64,000 nt of DNA, from contig OZ024740.1 of NCBI GenBank assembly GCA_964016885.1, positions 151,404,001 through 151,468,000 on the forward strand, given 5' to 3'. The DNA comes from Eledone cirrhosa. Its lineage: Eukaryota. The position numbers and the translations under genes are program-made. Within the stretch, counting starts at the first letter, position 1. Each line of letters opens with the position of its first letter. The notes under the pieces are model-generated. The model saw only the letters and a program-made list of their open reading frames with translations. It made no database searches and was not told the origin of the DNA. Positions 1 through 12,463 of this stretch are shown one piece after another.

Positions 1-244
1 ACAGAATAAATTATATTAAAATTAAATGTAAAATAGGTAACACTATATCTTAACAATAAAATAAAGTATATAACGAATATAACGTAATTGTTATATAGTT
101 ACATCCAGAAGTCCATATCCAATGCGAGGAGATTCATGCATTCGATGAGTGGACCGCCAGAGTGAAATCTTTGGATATGTAGGGAATAGCCGGGTGTAGG
201 GTGTGGACAGTAGGAATATTTGCTGTAGCTTGCATTATAAAGAT

Positions 245-424
245 TGTCAGTATCGGTAGAGAGTCGGACACCATGCTTTGAAGCATAGTGTTACGTCCCT
301 TTATGATCTGAGTTCAAATCCAGCCGAGGTTAACTTTGCCTTTCATCCTTACGGAGTCGATAAAATAAAGTACCAGTAATGTACTGTATAATTGCTGGCC
401 TTGTACCAAAAATAGAAACAATTA
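245..424 (+). mobile_element. tRNA-derived SINE with Deu/Nin-like central domain
   Basis: B-box GAGTTCAAATCC followed by TTTGCCTTTCATCCTTACGGAGTCGATAAAATAAAGTACCAG (Deu/Nin-domain-like) and an AGAAACAATT tail; about 10 or more related copies in the window. Confidence 0.8.
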
Positions 425-656
425 TAAAGCGATGAAAGCGATCGATATCTCTGGACCAACTTGTCTCACCGGTAAGAAGCTATTAGGGGGTTGAGTAAAC
501 ATATAAATAGTTTAGGTTGACCCAGGGTAAATTAAAATAAATATAAGAATGAAACACGAAATAAATTAGTGATAAAGTAAATTATGGTCACAAACGTACA
601 GTATAAGAGAAACAGCATGGTATAAATAAACACTATACAAGGTATAAGAAATATAT

Positions 657-3631
657 GTTTCTTTTATTTGCCACCAGGGCATCAAAAGTGGGACAAGTAC
701 AATGGGGGGAGTTTACAAAACAAGGCGTCCTCAATAGGGAGGAGGCAATAACAATATATAAAAAAAATAAAATATAACAAAAAATAGAATTATAACAAAA
801 TCCTCAATAGAGGATTTTGTTATAAAATATAACAAAAAATAAAATTTATAACAAAATCCTCAATAGAGAGGAGGCGCCTTGGGGGGTCGCACACACCCCG
901 AAAAAAGTGTGCAACCCTTTTCCTCAGGAGCACAGAGAGGGGGTGCTCCCTCGTTCCTTCCTCTTTTCCACCTACAGGCTTATGTAAAGAGAAGGCCCAT
1001 TCACACGGGCCATTCTCGCTACTTTCACCCACCTTTCATAAAAACGACTGGGGTGGAGCACCTCTCTCTCCATCCTGATCCTTCTTCCGAAATGATATCG
1101 GAAGAAACGGACCAGTTGTTGGCCAGAGAGAAAGGTGCCTGACCTCAGTCCTTTCAGACGCGTCCACCATACAACTTCTTTCACCATGGCTATTACGCAC
1201 AGAAACACCGCCTCTCCTTCATCTTTGAAGGGGGGAGGCGGCTTGATTATTACAATAGACTCGGTGGTCAACCGGATCGGTCCCACCCTTGACAGCAGTT
1301 GTTCGACATGGCCCCACAGATCGGCTACGCCCGAGCAGTGTACCAATGCGTGTGCAACGGTTTCCTCGTCGCACACGCATCTGGGACAGATCTTTTTGGC
1401 GGGGTGTCTGTAGAGCTTTTCTCGAACGGGTAGAGCCCCTCGGTAGCACTGCCAGGCCAGGGACTTCTGGAAGTTGTCCATAGGTCCTGGGCTGAATGTC
1501 CTACCGAACAGGCTGGCCAGTTCGTCCTCCTCCATGTCTAGGGCTTCTCCGAGGGCGTCGTCGCACCTGCTGCGTACCAGCCCTCTATAGAATGTTGCGG
1601 TGGAGTCTCCACTGATAACCGGATCCGCCTGCCAGAGGGCGGTGAGCGCCTGGGCACACTCAGTGTGCCAGGCGCCCAGTTTTTTCGGTCTTTGCTTGAC
1701 CCAGGATTGCAGCTCGGTGAGTGAGACGAGTCTGGGAAAGGTTCGTCTCACAAACGAGGCCCACACCGGTTGACCGGTGAGGAATACGTAGAGGTGCCGT
1801 AGCCTTAATGCGTGTTTACGCATCATTAGCCACGGCATCCCCAGCCCTCCTTTCGAAGGGTGTTGACAGCAGATGGATCTCCTCACCATAGGAGCCCGCC
1901 TCTTCCAAAGGAATTGGAAGAGCGCGCGCTCCATCTTGGTGAGGGTTTCCCTTGGGCAGGGCACTACGGTCAGGCGGTAGTAGATGACGGACGCTATATA
2001 GGTGTTCGCCACCTCCGCCCGACCTTTCAGGGATAGTTTGCAGCTGGCCCACTTCTGGGTCAGTGCAAACACCCTGTTCGTAACCTCCGCCCAGTTTTTC
2101 TCCACCTGGAGGTCCGGTCCGAACCAGACCCCGAGCAACTTCACCGGGCCCTCCGTCCAGCGTCCGACGACGCCATCGGAGGGCATCGGTCTGCCCCTCC
2201 ACGTGCCGAGTTGCAAACCGATCGACTTGTCCCGGTTCAGCTTAGCCCCTGTGAACCTTTCGTACTCCTCCAGTAAGGTGCCGACCGCCTCGATTTCGGA
2301 GGCCGTCGACACCATTATTGTCACGTCATCGGCCGACACCGCTTTCCGCAATCCCGGTTCCAACGGGATGCCCTGCAACAACTCCAACTTCCGCAGTAGT
2401 GGCTCGAGAGTCAACACATACAGAAGGGAGGAGAGAGGGCACCCTTGTCGGATGGACCGCGCGATTTTGAACGGCTCCGAGAGGTAGCCATTCACCTTGA
2501 CCCTAGAGCAGATGCGGCTGCTGTGCATAGCAGTGATCCAGCCCCTGAAAACGGGTCCGAAGCCTGCCGCCGCTAGCACCGCATCCAGGTAACCATGGTC
2601 GACCCTATCGAACGCCTTAGATTGATCCAAGTTGATCAGAGCCCCACCAAAGCCGGGTTCGTTCCCAACCCTCTCTATGATGTATCGCATGAGGTGGAGG
2701 TTGTCATGGATGGACCTGGACGGGATAGCGCATGTCTGCGCATCTCCCACCAGGTTGCCCACGACAAGCGCCAACCTCTTTGCTAGCACCTTGGCCAAAA
2801 TCTGTAACTCTGTATTTAGCAGAGTTATGGGCCTGAAGTTACTTATTTCGTCCCCCTTGTTCTCGTCCTTCCTCACTAGCGTGACTACGCCCTTGGTCAC
2901 AGTACAGGGAATTCTCCCGTTCTGTTGCCAGTTGCAGTAGACCGCCTCGAGGAGATCGGGGAACAAGTCCGGCATAGCTAGATATAATTCGTAAGGAAGA
3001 CCATCGAGACCCGGGGATTTGCGTTTGCCGCATTGGCCCAGCACGTCCTCTATCTCAGCGGCCGAAATCGGCTCCTCGCAGGACTTCGCCTCCCTGTCCG
3101 AGAGACGCGGCAGGCCGTCGAGGTATGGACCGAAGTCCACATTCCCAACCGGCCCCCCGGCCCTCCCGAACAGTCGGGAAAAGTGCCTTTGAAAGGCCTC
3201 ACACATCTGCTTAGGCTCAAGTATCGCCCGTCCATCCAGGTCTCGCAAAGACCGGATAGTGGATTTAGTTCCACTGTTGGCCTCTGTCACGCGGGCCCAG
3301 CTAACAGCTTTGGTCCCCTCGTTCCCTAGAGCACGTATTTTACTTCGGACAACGCAGCCTTCGTGCTTCGCGTCGAAAAACTGGCTCAAAGCCGTTCTCG
3401 ACGCTAGCACTCTGGCCACGTCGCCGCTTCTAATTGCCTCTTCTACTCTATCTATTAGCACCCTTTCCTTCCTATTCCTATCCGCAGCTAGAACCTTACT
3501 AAATTCTATCGAGACTACTCTAATCTCTCTCTTTAGAGATACCCACCACCTGCTGTTGACGATCGCTCCAGTCAATCGTTCCTTAACTAACGTACTAATC
3601 CGATCCCTGTAGGCTCTACTTGCCGGCAAGG
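657..3631 (-). mobile_element. 5'-truncated Tx1/L1-clade non-LTR retrotransposon
   Basis: RT ORF plus 3'UTR ending AATAAAAGAAAC on the minus strand; flanked by an exact 20-bp direct repeat ACAAGGTATAAGAAATATAT at 637-656 and 3632-3651. Confidence 0.93.
972..3631 (-). pseudogene. Tx1-like ORF2 (reverse transcriptase and C-terminal Zn finger), endonuclease domain missing
   Basis: Motifs KSPGLDG, NFRPITLLN, LDQSKAFDRV, RQGCPLS, KGGLG and CPRC..ETVAHALVHC; catalytic motif reads VSADD (Tyr lost); the ORF-track start at 3716 lies in flanking DNA. Confidence 0.9.
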
Positions 3632-3651
3632 ACAAGGTATAAGAAATATAT
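3632..3651. repeat. Target-site duplication (partner at 637-656)
   Basis: Identical 20-mer on both sides of the LINE. Confidence 0.92.
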
Positions 3652-3849
3652 AGAGAACAAAAAAGTAGATAACGTATGAAAATGTACATATAATAAATGC
3701 AATAAAATGAATGCAAGAAAATACCATAACAGTCTCAGTTCCGCATAGGAGTAACTAAACGTAGGTACATATGTGTATAATTATATAGAAAATGGATTTG
3801 GTAATGTATACAATAAGTAAGGTAAAAATAGGGATATATTTCATAGTGT

Positions 3850-5060
3850 TCGTAGAAAGACTTCCACTGGTTTGCCAGTTTGTGTACAACAGGGGAGAGG
3901 TTCACTCTCCAAAGTCTTCTAATTCATATGGATAGCCGCGAGGTAAATACTGTAAAATGCTATCCGTGGTCATGGGAGCATGTTACTTTCCGTATTCCGG
4001 CAGTCTTGATGGATAAATTCGGTCCACCGGCAAGCCTTGGTTGTCAAATTGAAGTGGATGCGTAAGTCCAGTCCGTTTTTTCATACCGTGTGATTCGCGC
4101 AGAGCAGATGAAACCATCGCTTATTTTTTCTAACCAGCATTTGTCCACCAAACTTATAAATCTCCGGTGGAACAGGAACCTTGCCACGTGATTTACCGCA
4201 GGAAATTTACTTGATGGAGCCCTTTACTGCCTGCAGTGTTGGTTCAATAAATATTTCAGGTATTTCAGGATGTTGGGAAATGGATGCTATGACGTCGTGG
4301 TCAATACAGTTTCAAAGTGTCTGCCCATCAGATGAGAGAACCGGCGAGACACCACTCTCTTGAGGACTGTACACCTTCCTCAGACAATCATAGAACGCCT
4401 TAGAGTCATTCCTATAGCAGCCTGGAATTTAGTATCTTTTGTTGACTACCAAGCCTCTTTCATTTCCTGAGAGCAGATTGAACCTGAATACTGCACTTTT
4501 TGTATGCCTGCTGTTTGATCGATGAGTTATTATCATTTATCTACGCTTTGTGGGCGCTGTGTATTGGTTTGACTAACAGCCGGACCTTGATGTTGTTAGC
4601 ATAAAACCAATCCTGGAGCTTCCGAACAGGTAGCTCGTGTACTTATAGGGTTGCAGCGTATAGCATTGCCGAGAGCCTTCCAAGATGATTAAGTTTTCTC
4701 ATTGGTCTCAAGATTCCAGAACTGTGTCCAGTTTGTTGCAGAGTTCAGTTTGTTTCTCATGGACTTTCAAAGGTTAAGTGTTAATGCGCCTAGGTACTGA
4801 TGACTTTTGGAGTCTCCTGTGGGCAAAAGGGGATGAAGCCTTACTATGAAAGAGAACTCGATCCGAAAGATAGCAGTTGCTGTAGAAGGAGCGTGTGATG
4901 TATATTCAAATCAATTCCTTTCCATTTCATTTTGACATGTTTGTAAACATCGATCAAGTAACCATCTTTTCTCTTCCCCTTTTCTTCTCGTTAGTGAGTA
5001 GTCACACCCCATAGTCCCTTTCGGTTAGGTTTCTTCCCCACCATCACCTGTCAATCGACC
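3850..5060 (-). mobile_element. Highly decayed RTE (BovB-like) LINE fragment
   Basis: Broken minus-strand peptides resembling RTE RT N-terminal blocks (..NLSIKTAG.., KAFY); many stops; boundaries approximate. Confidence 0.55.
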
Positions 5061-5249
5061 CGTTACTACACCCCCGAAAACAGAGATTGGAACGAAATTA
5101 AATCGAACACATTTACTAATTTACTATCGAAAAATATTTCAATGTGCAGAAAAGAATAGCCCAAAGTATTCTCTACGACGTTGTAATGACTATGCCAATT
5201 TGCCTGCAGGAGTTCCAACATAACATGAGATAAAAGAAATAATATCATA

Positions 5250-5425
5250 ATAATTGTTTCTACTTTTGGCACAACGCCAGCAATTAACCAGTTCATTACT
5301 GATACTTTATTTTATCGACCCGGTAATGATGAAAGGCAAAGTTAACCTCGGCTGGATTTGAACTCAGACCGTAAAAGGGCGTAACTATGCTGGAAAGCAT
5401 GGCGTCCGACCCTCTACCGATACTG
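5250..5425 (-). mobile_element. Deu/Nin-domain SINE
   Basis: Reverse-complement match to the copy at 245-424. Confidence 0.8.
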
Positions 5426-5433
5426 AATAATAA

Positions 5434-6930
5434 TGTTTTCTTTTATTGACCACACGGCCCCAAGGCATTGGCGAAAGTACAAAGACAAAATAATACAAAA
5501 GGGTGGGGTTTACATCGAATGGAGGAAAGAGGACATCACTGAAGAGTAAACAATAAAGGAAACAATACTGGAATTTATAATAAACATAACAATAGATAAC
5601 AATAACGAATGTCAACAAGGACCAATTAGCCAAGAGTGGAGAGAACTACACTTTAGATTAATTCCAGGGAGAACACCACACAAATCCCTGGGTTACTCTA
5701 TTGCCTCCCAGGCATTGAAAGTGCCCTTCCCCAGTTTCCTTCCTCGTGCTACCCAACTTTCATAAAACACACTAGAAGGCAGCACCTCTCTCTCTACCCT
5801 CACTTTCCTCCTCAAGTGAAACTTGAAGAAGCTGATGAGCGTTTGGCCTGAAAGGAAGACTTCTGCCCACAATCCTTTTAGGTCAGTCCACCATACAGCT
5901 TCCTTCGCCATAGCTACTGGGAAAATGAAGACGACTTGTCACACCTCTTTCTAAAAGAAAGTGGTGGTTTCATTTTCACTATAGGAAAGACTGATAGGCA
6001 GATATATCCTAAACGTGATAGCCATAGCCTTGGTGTGACACAAACCCACAACTTTGCAGTTCACGGGCACCGGGTGATAGCATGCAGGGCGGTTTCGTCG
6101 CCCTGCGTGCATCTCAGACATGTCCGGCTGTTGGCACTTCCGTGCATGTCTCGAACTTGTATTGCCCCACTGCGGCACTTCCATGCAAAGGTTTTTTTGA
6201 AATTCTCCATAATCCCCGACCTGAAAATCATACAGAAGAGCCTGTTCCGACAGTCCTCGTCGGTGGCTGGAGAAGATTCCAGGCCGTCCTCATGCATACC
6301 TTCCACTAATCCTCTATAGAACGCGTTGATTTCTGTCCATCTATTGCATTGTTCAGTTGGTAAAACGCCCTGAGCGTATGGCAGAATTTTAGATACCAGA
6401 TGCCCAAATTTGGTCTTGTGCTTGACCTGGGAATATAGCTCGGCCAAAGAGACGAGTTGCGGAAAGACATCGCACCAAAGGCGCCCATTTTGGTCGGGCT
6501 TCGCTTTCATTATCATCGTCATTACTGTTCTTGAGATAATTCCGTAGGTGCGATAGCCGCAGTGCGTGTCTGCATATCAATAGTAATGGTATCCCGAGGC
6601 CACCATGGTGTGAATTTTTGTAGCAAATTGACTTTCTGACCAGCGGGTCTTACTCCTTCCACAAAGATTGGAAGAGCATCCGTTCCAATTTGGTCAGGTG
6701 TTTCGGGGAGCATGGCATATGGGTCAGTCGGTAATATACCCCCGAAGCAATGCAAGTGTTTGCCATTTTCACCCGATTTTGAGGGATGGCTTTCTCTCTG
6801 CCCATATTTGAATGAGATTGGTTATTATGTTTGTGAACTCCTTCCAGTTCTTGTCAGCAGCATAAAGATCACAAGATTTGTATAGCTGTTGTAAAATCTA
6901 GCTTTAGCTAGGATCTCGTAATTTATATCG
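5434..6930 (-). mobile_element. Decayed 3' part of a Tx1-like LINE
   Basis: Peptides MAKEAVWWTDLKGL..FFKFHLRRKVRVERE, RHALRLSHL and CLRCTQGDETALHA are homologous to the other two copies; 3' end AATAAAAGAAAACATTATTATT. Confidence 0.85.
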
Positions 6931-7509
6931 GATGATTTTTGTCTTTTCAACTCCAGGTATAGACGGAAATTGAAATCATATTCCTTCATAAAGGATTTCT
7001 AGTGGATAGTGTCCAAAACATAAAGACTCTTTTCCTATTATTTCAAGCGTTAATCTAATAATATATTTATTCATTGTACTGTGTCGTTTGTATTGTATTT
7101 ATATATATGTTTATATATGCTCTTATACATATATATATGTGTAGATATATATATATGTGTACTGTGATTTTTGGTATTTACCCCATATCAAACCTTGTTG
7201 AGCCGACCTATTATTAAAAGCGGTCTCTCCATAACACCTAGAAATACATTAGCTACTAAATTACTGGTGTGTTAAATGTTTCGTTTCAATTCTATAATGC
7301 TCCACCGATTATCTCTACAGATTTCAGAAAACACTGTATGTAATAGACAAGTGAAAACACATTGTCTCTATATAATATCCTCTTTGAAAGAAAAAGATTG
7401 ATCATCCTAACCAGTTTCAATCCTTTTTTTCGGATTTGATCAGCGACTAATACACTCTTTAGCTCCGTACTGTGACACTGCATATATACATACATTATTA
7501 CTAAGAGCT

Positions 7510-7695
7510 TGGTGGATTGGCAGTATCGGTGGAGGGTCGGACGCTATGCTTTCCAGCATAGTTACCTCCCTTTACGATCTGAGTTCAAATCCCGGCGAGG
7601 TTGACATTGCCTTTCATCCTTACGGGATCGATAAAATAAAGTACCAGTAATGTATTGGGTAATTGATGGCCTTGTGCCTAAAGTAGAAATAATTA
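7510..7695 (+). mobile_element. Deu/Nin-domain SINE (near full length)
   Basis: A-box-like TGGCAGTATCGG, B-box GAGTTCAAATCCC and the same core as the other copies. Confidence 0.8.
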
Positions 7696-7769
7696 TTACT
7701 AAGAGGTTAGGAAAATCAAATAGATAGGTTGTGGGTGATCCAAACAAATGGGGTTGTGGAGTTAAAGAA

Positions 7770-8260
7770 TTCGGCCTCCACCCGCTACTAATATCGCAGG
7801 TCAAATCCCTTGACACGCCGCTTTTAACTATGTAATCAAAAGGAGCGTCGATGCATCCGGCTTCCAGTCACAACTGGAGCCAGACGGGATAACTTTCATC
7901 CGATACGAGGGAAGTAAATCCCTAATATGTGAGGCCCCGTGCAGCAATTCGTTCTATGCCTCCAAACCTTGTCGCTTCGGCTGCAAACCCGGGCACCGCT
8001 TCCCACAATAATAAAGAGAAGAAGATAGAATAACGAGGCTTGACCAAACTCTTACATTTTTGTATTAATCACTGTCGAGACTTCAGGTGACCTCGATCCA
8101 CGAATTGCTGTTTTCCTCCGCAAAATCGGGAAAACTGCAGCTCGCCTGAGAAAGGAATCTGATGAGGTAGTGAGGCTGTTGCAGCGGGTGTGACTGGCCA
8201 AACTTCGTGGCAATGCCTTCGATATTTTATACGCGGGGCACAGCTGTAACAGACTGCTCA
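7770..8260 (+). mobile_element. 3' fragment of a CRE-clade retrotransposon (restriction-like endonuclease)
   Basis: Frameshifted peptides HAAFNYVIKRS..LEPDGIT..TVETSG..LLQRV*LAKLRGNAFDIL match the CRE RLE C-terminal pattern (RH..N, PDG, ET.G, QR.S....RGNA). Confidence 0.7.
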
Positions 8261-8385
8261 AACAAAAGGGTAGAGCCTGTAGCTCCCACCACATTTCCAT
8301 TTCGTTCGTTATTAATTGCTTTTCTTTTTCATATTATTTCTCCTTTCTTTTCCTTTCCTTATTGCCAATTAAATTTTATAGTTTA

Positions 8386-9311
8386 CTAGCAGTGGTACCC
8401 GGCGTTGCACGGGATAAGGTATTTTGGAACGCGGGCCGCCAACAGACCTAATCGTGGAAAAACTGCATGCCTGGACAATATGTCAAGAAAATAAACAGAA
8501 TACATTGATGACTGGATAATCTTTAAGATTTTCCTCGATGAAGCAGGAAAAATGCAGGTTTTCACCTAATGCGGGCCCTAGGGGATCAAGAAAATGAATT
8601 TTTTTATGTGCATAATATGCTTTGAAATTTCAGGAAAATCGTCTAGACGTAATGCCTACAAAAAGCCCTAAAAAGCTGAAAAAATGAAGTGTTTCACCTA
8701 ATGGAGGCCCTAGGCCATAACAAATTTGGATTTTCTTTGCTCACGGTATGAAGAAGCGATTGACTAATACATAGTTACAATTTCAAGGAAATCGGTCTGA
8801 CGTAACGCCTAAAAAAAACCTAAAAAGCTTAAAAACGCAGTTTTTCACCTAATGCGGGCCCTAGGAGATCAAAATGTTGAATAATTTTTATATGCATAAC
8901 ACTCCCTGAAACATGAGTAATACACATGTAAAGTTTGAAAAACATCGGTTGGGTACTTCTCAAGTTTCAGGGATTCAAACTCACATACACACACACACTG
9001 ACAGACATCCTCAGGGAAGTGACGTAATGCAGACAGCCAGACACACAGACAGATATTATAAGGGTGCGACGTTATATGTATGAATCTATCTAAAAAGAGA
9101 AAGACTAGGAATTATAGAGGGAGATCGCTAAATCGCCTAATGCGGTACCTAGGGCAATGACAATTTCAAATTTTGTTTTGCTCAGAACACTCCTTGAAAC
9201 ATAAGTATTACATGTGTAAAGTTTGAAAACAGTCGGTTGGGTGCTTCTCTAGTTTTAGGGGTTCAAACTCACACACACACAGACAGACATCCTCAGTTTT
9301 ATATATAGCGA
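8386..9311 (-). mobile_element. Non-autonomous Helitron
   Basis: Minus strand begins TC, has a (CTGT)n/(GT)n microsatellite near the 5' end, and ends with hairpin CCCG..CGGG followed by CTAG; sits between A and T; internal ~140-bp repeats (TTTTCACCTAATGCGGGCCCTAGG). Confidence 0.75.
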
Positions 9312-9421
9312 TTTTAATAAAATTTTACGATGCTAGTTCTTCAAGAAGATTTAGAAACATAGACAGACAGACTGACAAACAGACCGACACTCCCTTCATA
9401 CATTCATACACACACATACAC

Positions 9422-9463
<42 letters not shown>

Positions 9464-9501
9464 GAATATAAATATTAATAAAATAGATGTTCTTTTGATC
9501 A

Positions 9502-9564
9502 ATTACATTTTATTATACATATTTCGGATGTACAACAGTACGTCCTCATCAGACAACATATAAT
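9502..9564 (-). ncRNA. Minimal type-I hammerhead ribozyme motif (apparently intact)
   Basis: Minus strand: attatatgttgt CTGATGA GGACGTAC tgtt GTACATCC GAAA TATGTA TA|ataaaatgtaat; stems I and II pair. Confidence 0.7.
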
Positions 9565-9792
9565 AATACATGAGATACCCTGAGATGTTAAATGGTTAAG
9601 ATTTAATCAAGGTAGTGATTATAAATATTAATAGAATATAAATATTAATATTTATATTCTAATATTAATAACTCAGGAAAATTATTTTTTCGTAGAGTGC
9701 TTACAATCTACTGTAAAACTCATTCTATGATATACTTATTGAATTTTGTTTAACACTTCAATATATTTATATATATATATATATATATAAAT

Positions 9793-11925
9793 ATATTTCG
9801 TTTCTGAATTTGTTTAGCAAGATTCTTTATCTGAAAACGTGTGTTGAAACCGATATTGTTATACTTTCGGAGGGTCATGTTGCCAATAAGAAACACGCAC
9901 CAATTGCTTTCACTTCAATTTATTATAAATTTCCGGTTGGCTGGTTGGTTCCACAACCGGATGGTTGTTCATATAGTGTCAAAGTTTTTTTGCGACACAT
10001 TCTGTGACCTCATCAGTGACTGGGATTCTTTTCTTTGTTTTGTGCCTCTCTTTTTTTCTGTCCTACGCCATCTTGTTTTGTGTGTGTTGTGTGCTTAGTT
10101 TGCGCATGTGTTACATCCGGGTATCTGTGTGTGATTTTATTTGTTTATTTATTTGTTTATTTTATTTGTTTATTTACATGTTACTAGTTAGTTGTTTGTT
10201 CTATGTGTGTGTGTTTTCATTTTGTCCTTAATTGTAAGTTGTGATGTTGCTATTCCATTCATGTTTTCTATTTAATTTTGGTTGGAGTTCATTTATGTTT
10301 ATTGCCTCTGTGATTTGTCTAAACATTGCGTCTTTTCTGTGTGTAGATTTTATTTTTATTTCTATGTCCTCTAATTTACCCTTATGTTCTATTTTAACAT
10401 ATTGGTGGAGTACTGATGAGTCTTTTCTATCTTGGAGTTCTCGCCAGTGTTCATTTAATCGTTCTCCTGTGTTACGAGCTGTCTCACCTATGTACATTAT
10501 ATTCTTATCTTTACATTGTCCGTCAGTACATCTTTTGCTATATATTATGTTTCTAGTTTTTCAGTTAATATGGCGGCTTAGTTTACAGATTATGCACTTC
10601 TTATCTATATAGGGAGGTCTTTGAAAAGGGTATGTATTACTAAAAATTGTTTTTATCGAGGTACCTGGTCTTTCCACTATCTTAATATTTAGTTTCAGTT
10701 TATCTAGGGCCCTTCTAAATTTGTAAGCTAGTTCACCTCTAGGGGTTTTATTGATGAACATTACACTCTAGTATTTATTGCTATCATACCATGAGTTTAT
10801 TTTATTGACCTTATTCCTAGTTCTTTCTATTCTATTCCAAAATTTGCTGCTATACACGGGGCAGATCCCATTTGTATCATTATTTACCATTTTTTCCCAT
10901 TTGGTTCTGGCTCCTCTATATATTCTTATTTTATCTCTCTTGTTGTAACCAGAGAACTGCATCCGGAGAATGAAGTGTTGTATGTGCCTCTCTAGTTTTT
11001 TGGGGTTGCACATGCAGGACACGTTCCTCATCACCCTTACTAAATCTGCAATCAGTATGTTGATTCTGGTGTGATCGAAACAGCTGAGTTTCGGTGGTTA
11101 TTTGGAAGTAATGGGTTTGGCATAATGGGAATGGAGGATTTGTTTTTTTATTATTAATTGTTTCTACTTTTTGGCACAAGGCCAGCAATTACCCAGTGTA
11201 TTACTGGTAAGATAAGACATGCATAATCTGTAAACTAAGCCCCCATATTAACTGTAAAACTAGAAACATAGTATATAGCATAAGAGGTACTGAGGGACAA
11301 TGTAAAGATAAGAATATAATGTACATAGGTGAGACAGCTCGTAGCATAGGAGAACGATTAAATGATCACTGGAGAGAAATCCAAGATAGAAAAGACTCAT
11401 CAGTACTCCACCAACATGCTAAAATAGAACATAAGGGCAAATTAGAGAACAGAAATAAAAATAAAATCTACACACAGAAAAGACGCGATGTTTAGACAAA
11501 TCTCAGAGGCAATGAACATAAATGAACTCCAACCAAAATTAAATAGAAAACAACTTACAATTAAGGACAAAATGAAAACACACACACATAGAACAAACAA
11601 CTAACTAGTAACATGTAAATAAACAAATAAATAAAGAAAGAAAGAAAAAAATAAAATCACACACAGACACCCGGATGTAACACAAGCGCAAACTAAGCAC
11701 ACAACACACACAAAAACAAGATGGCGTAGGACAGAACAAAAGAGAGGCACAAAACAAAGAAAAGAATCCCCAGTCACTGATGAGGTCACAGAATGTGTCG
11801 CAAAAAAACTTTGACACTATATGAACAACCATCCGGTTGTGGAACCAACCAGCCAACCGGAAATTTATAATAAATTGAAGTGAAAGTAATTGGTGCGTGT
11901 GTTTCTTATTGGCAACATGACCCTC
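9793..11925. mobile_element. Penelope-like element with inverted pseudo-LTR (minus arm 9793-11150, plus arm 11208-11925)
   Basis: GIY-YIG peptide in both arms; arms are reverse complements; hammerhead-like motif in each 3' region (about 9975-10020 and 11770-11817). Confidence 0.88.
10228..11150 (-). pseudogene. PLE RT thumb, Cys-rich linker and GIY-YIG endonuclease (fragmented)
   Basis: HFILRMQFSGY..; CIICKLSRHIN*KTRNIIYSKRCTDGQC..MYIGETARN..RLNEH..RQITEA..LNRKHEW. Confidence 0.85.
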
Positions 11926-12208
11926 CTCACATCTCACCCATATCGGATGGTCTGTATCTCTCGTCCATGAATTCACCAAGCTTAAGCTTACTGATATCAT
12001 GTACTTGTCTCTTCCTATCTTTCCGTTGCCATACCATCGTTGTTTCTTTTACTTGTCCCCAAAACTTTATTTAGTTATTGCTCGCACCAACCAGAGGTAT
12101 ATGATTTTTAAAGCGATGAAATACCAATGAAGGTTGGAAGATCACTGATGAAGGACTAATTTTATTCATATGTAACCCATGTGCAACCACGCACCACTCC
12201 ATTTTTCT

Positions 12209-12241
<33 letters not shown>

Positions 12242-12429
12242 TTATATTTAATTAGAAAGTGAACAACACAAAATATAACTACTCCATTACCAAAAGTTTC
12301 TGGATCACAGACAATAATAATATACCTTTGGATCGGTCGTCAGACAGATGTTATATATATATAATTATAGCGAGACAAACAGATGGTAACATATCTACCT
12401 ACATAAACACATATATATGTTAGACAAAC

Positions 12430-12463
<34 letters not shown>

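Noticed and set aside
3632-3716. Hydrophobic N-terminus on the 914-aa ORF suggesting a domesticated or secreted RT
   Set aside because: It lies outside the TSD-defined element; chance read-through from AT-rich flank with a non-ATG start
7510-7600. tRNA gene
   Set aside because: The A/B boxes belong to SINE heads; no cloverleaf is evident
10559-10566. In-frame TGA at a Cys position in the PLE linker (possible selenocysteine, as reported for Naiad PLEs)
   Set aside because: The inverted copy at about 11253 has TGT at the same codon and the ORF has other lesions, so this is an ordinary mutation
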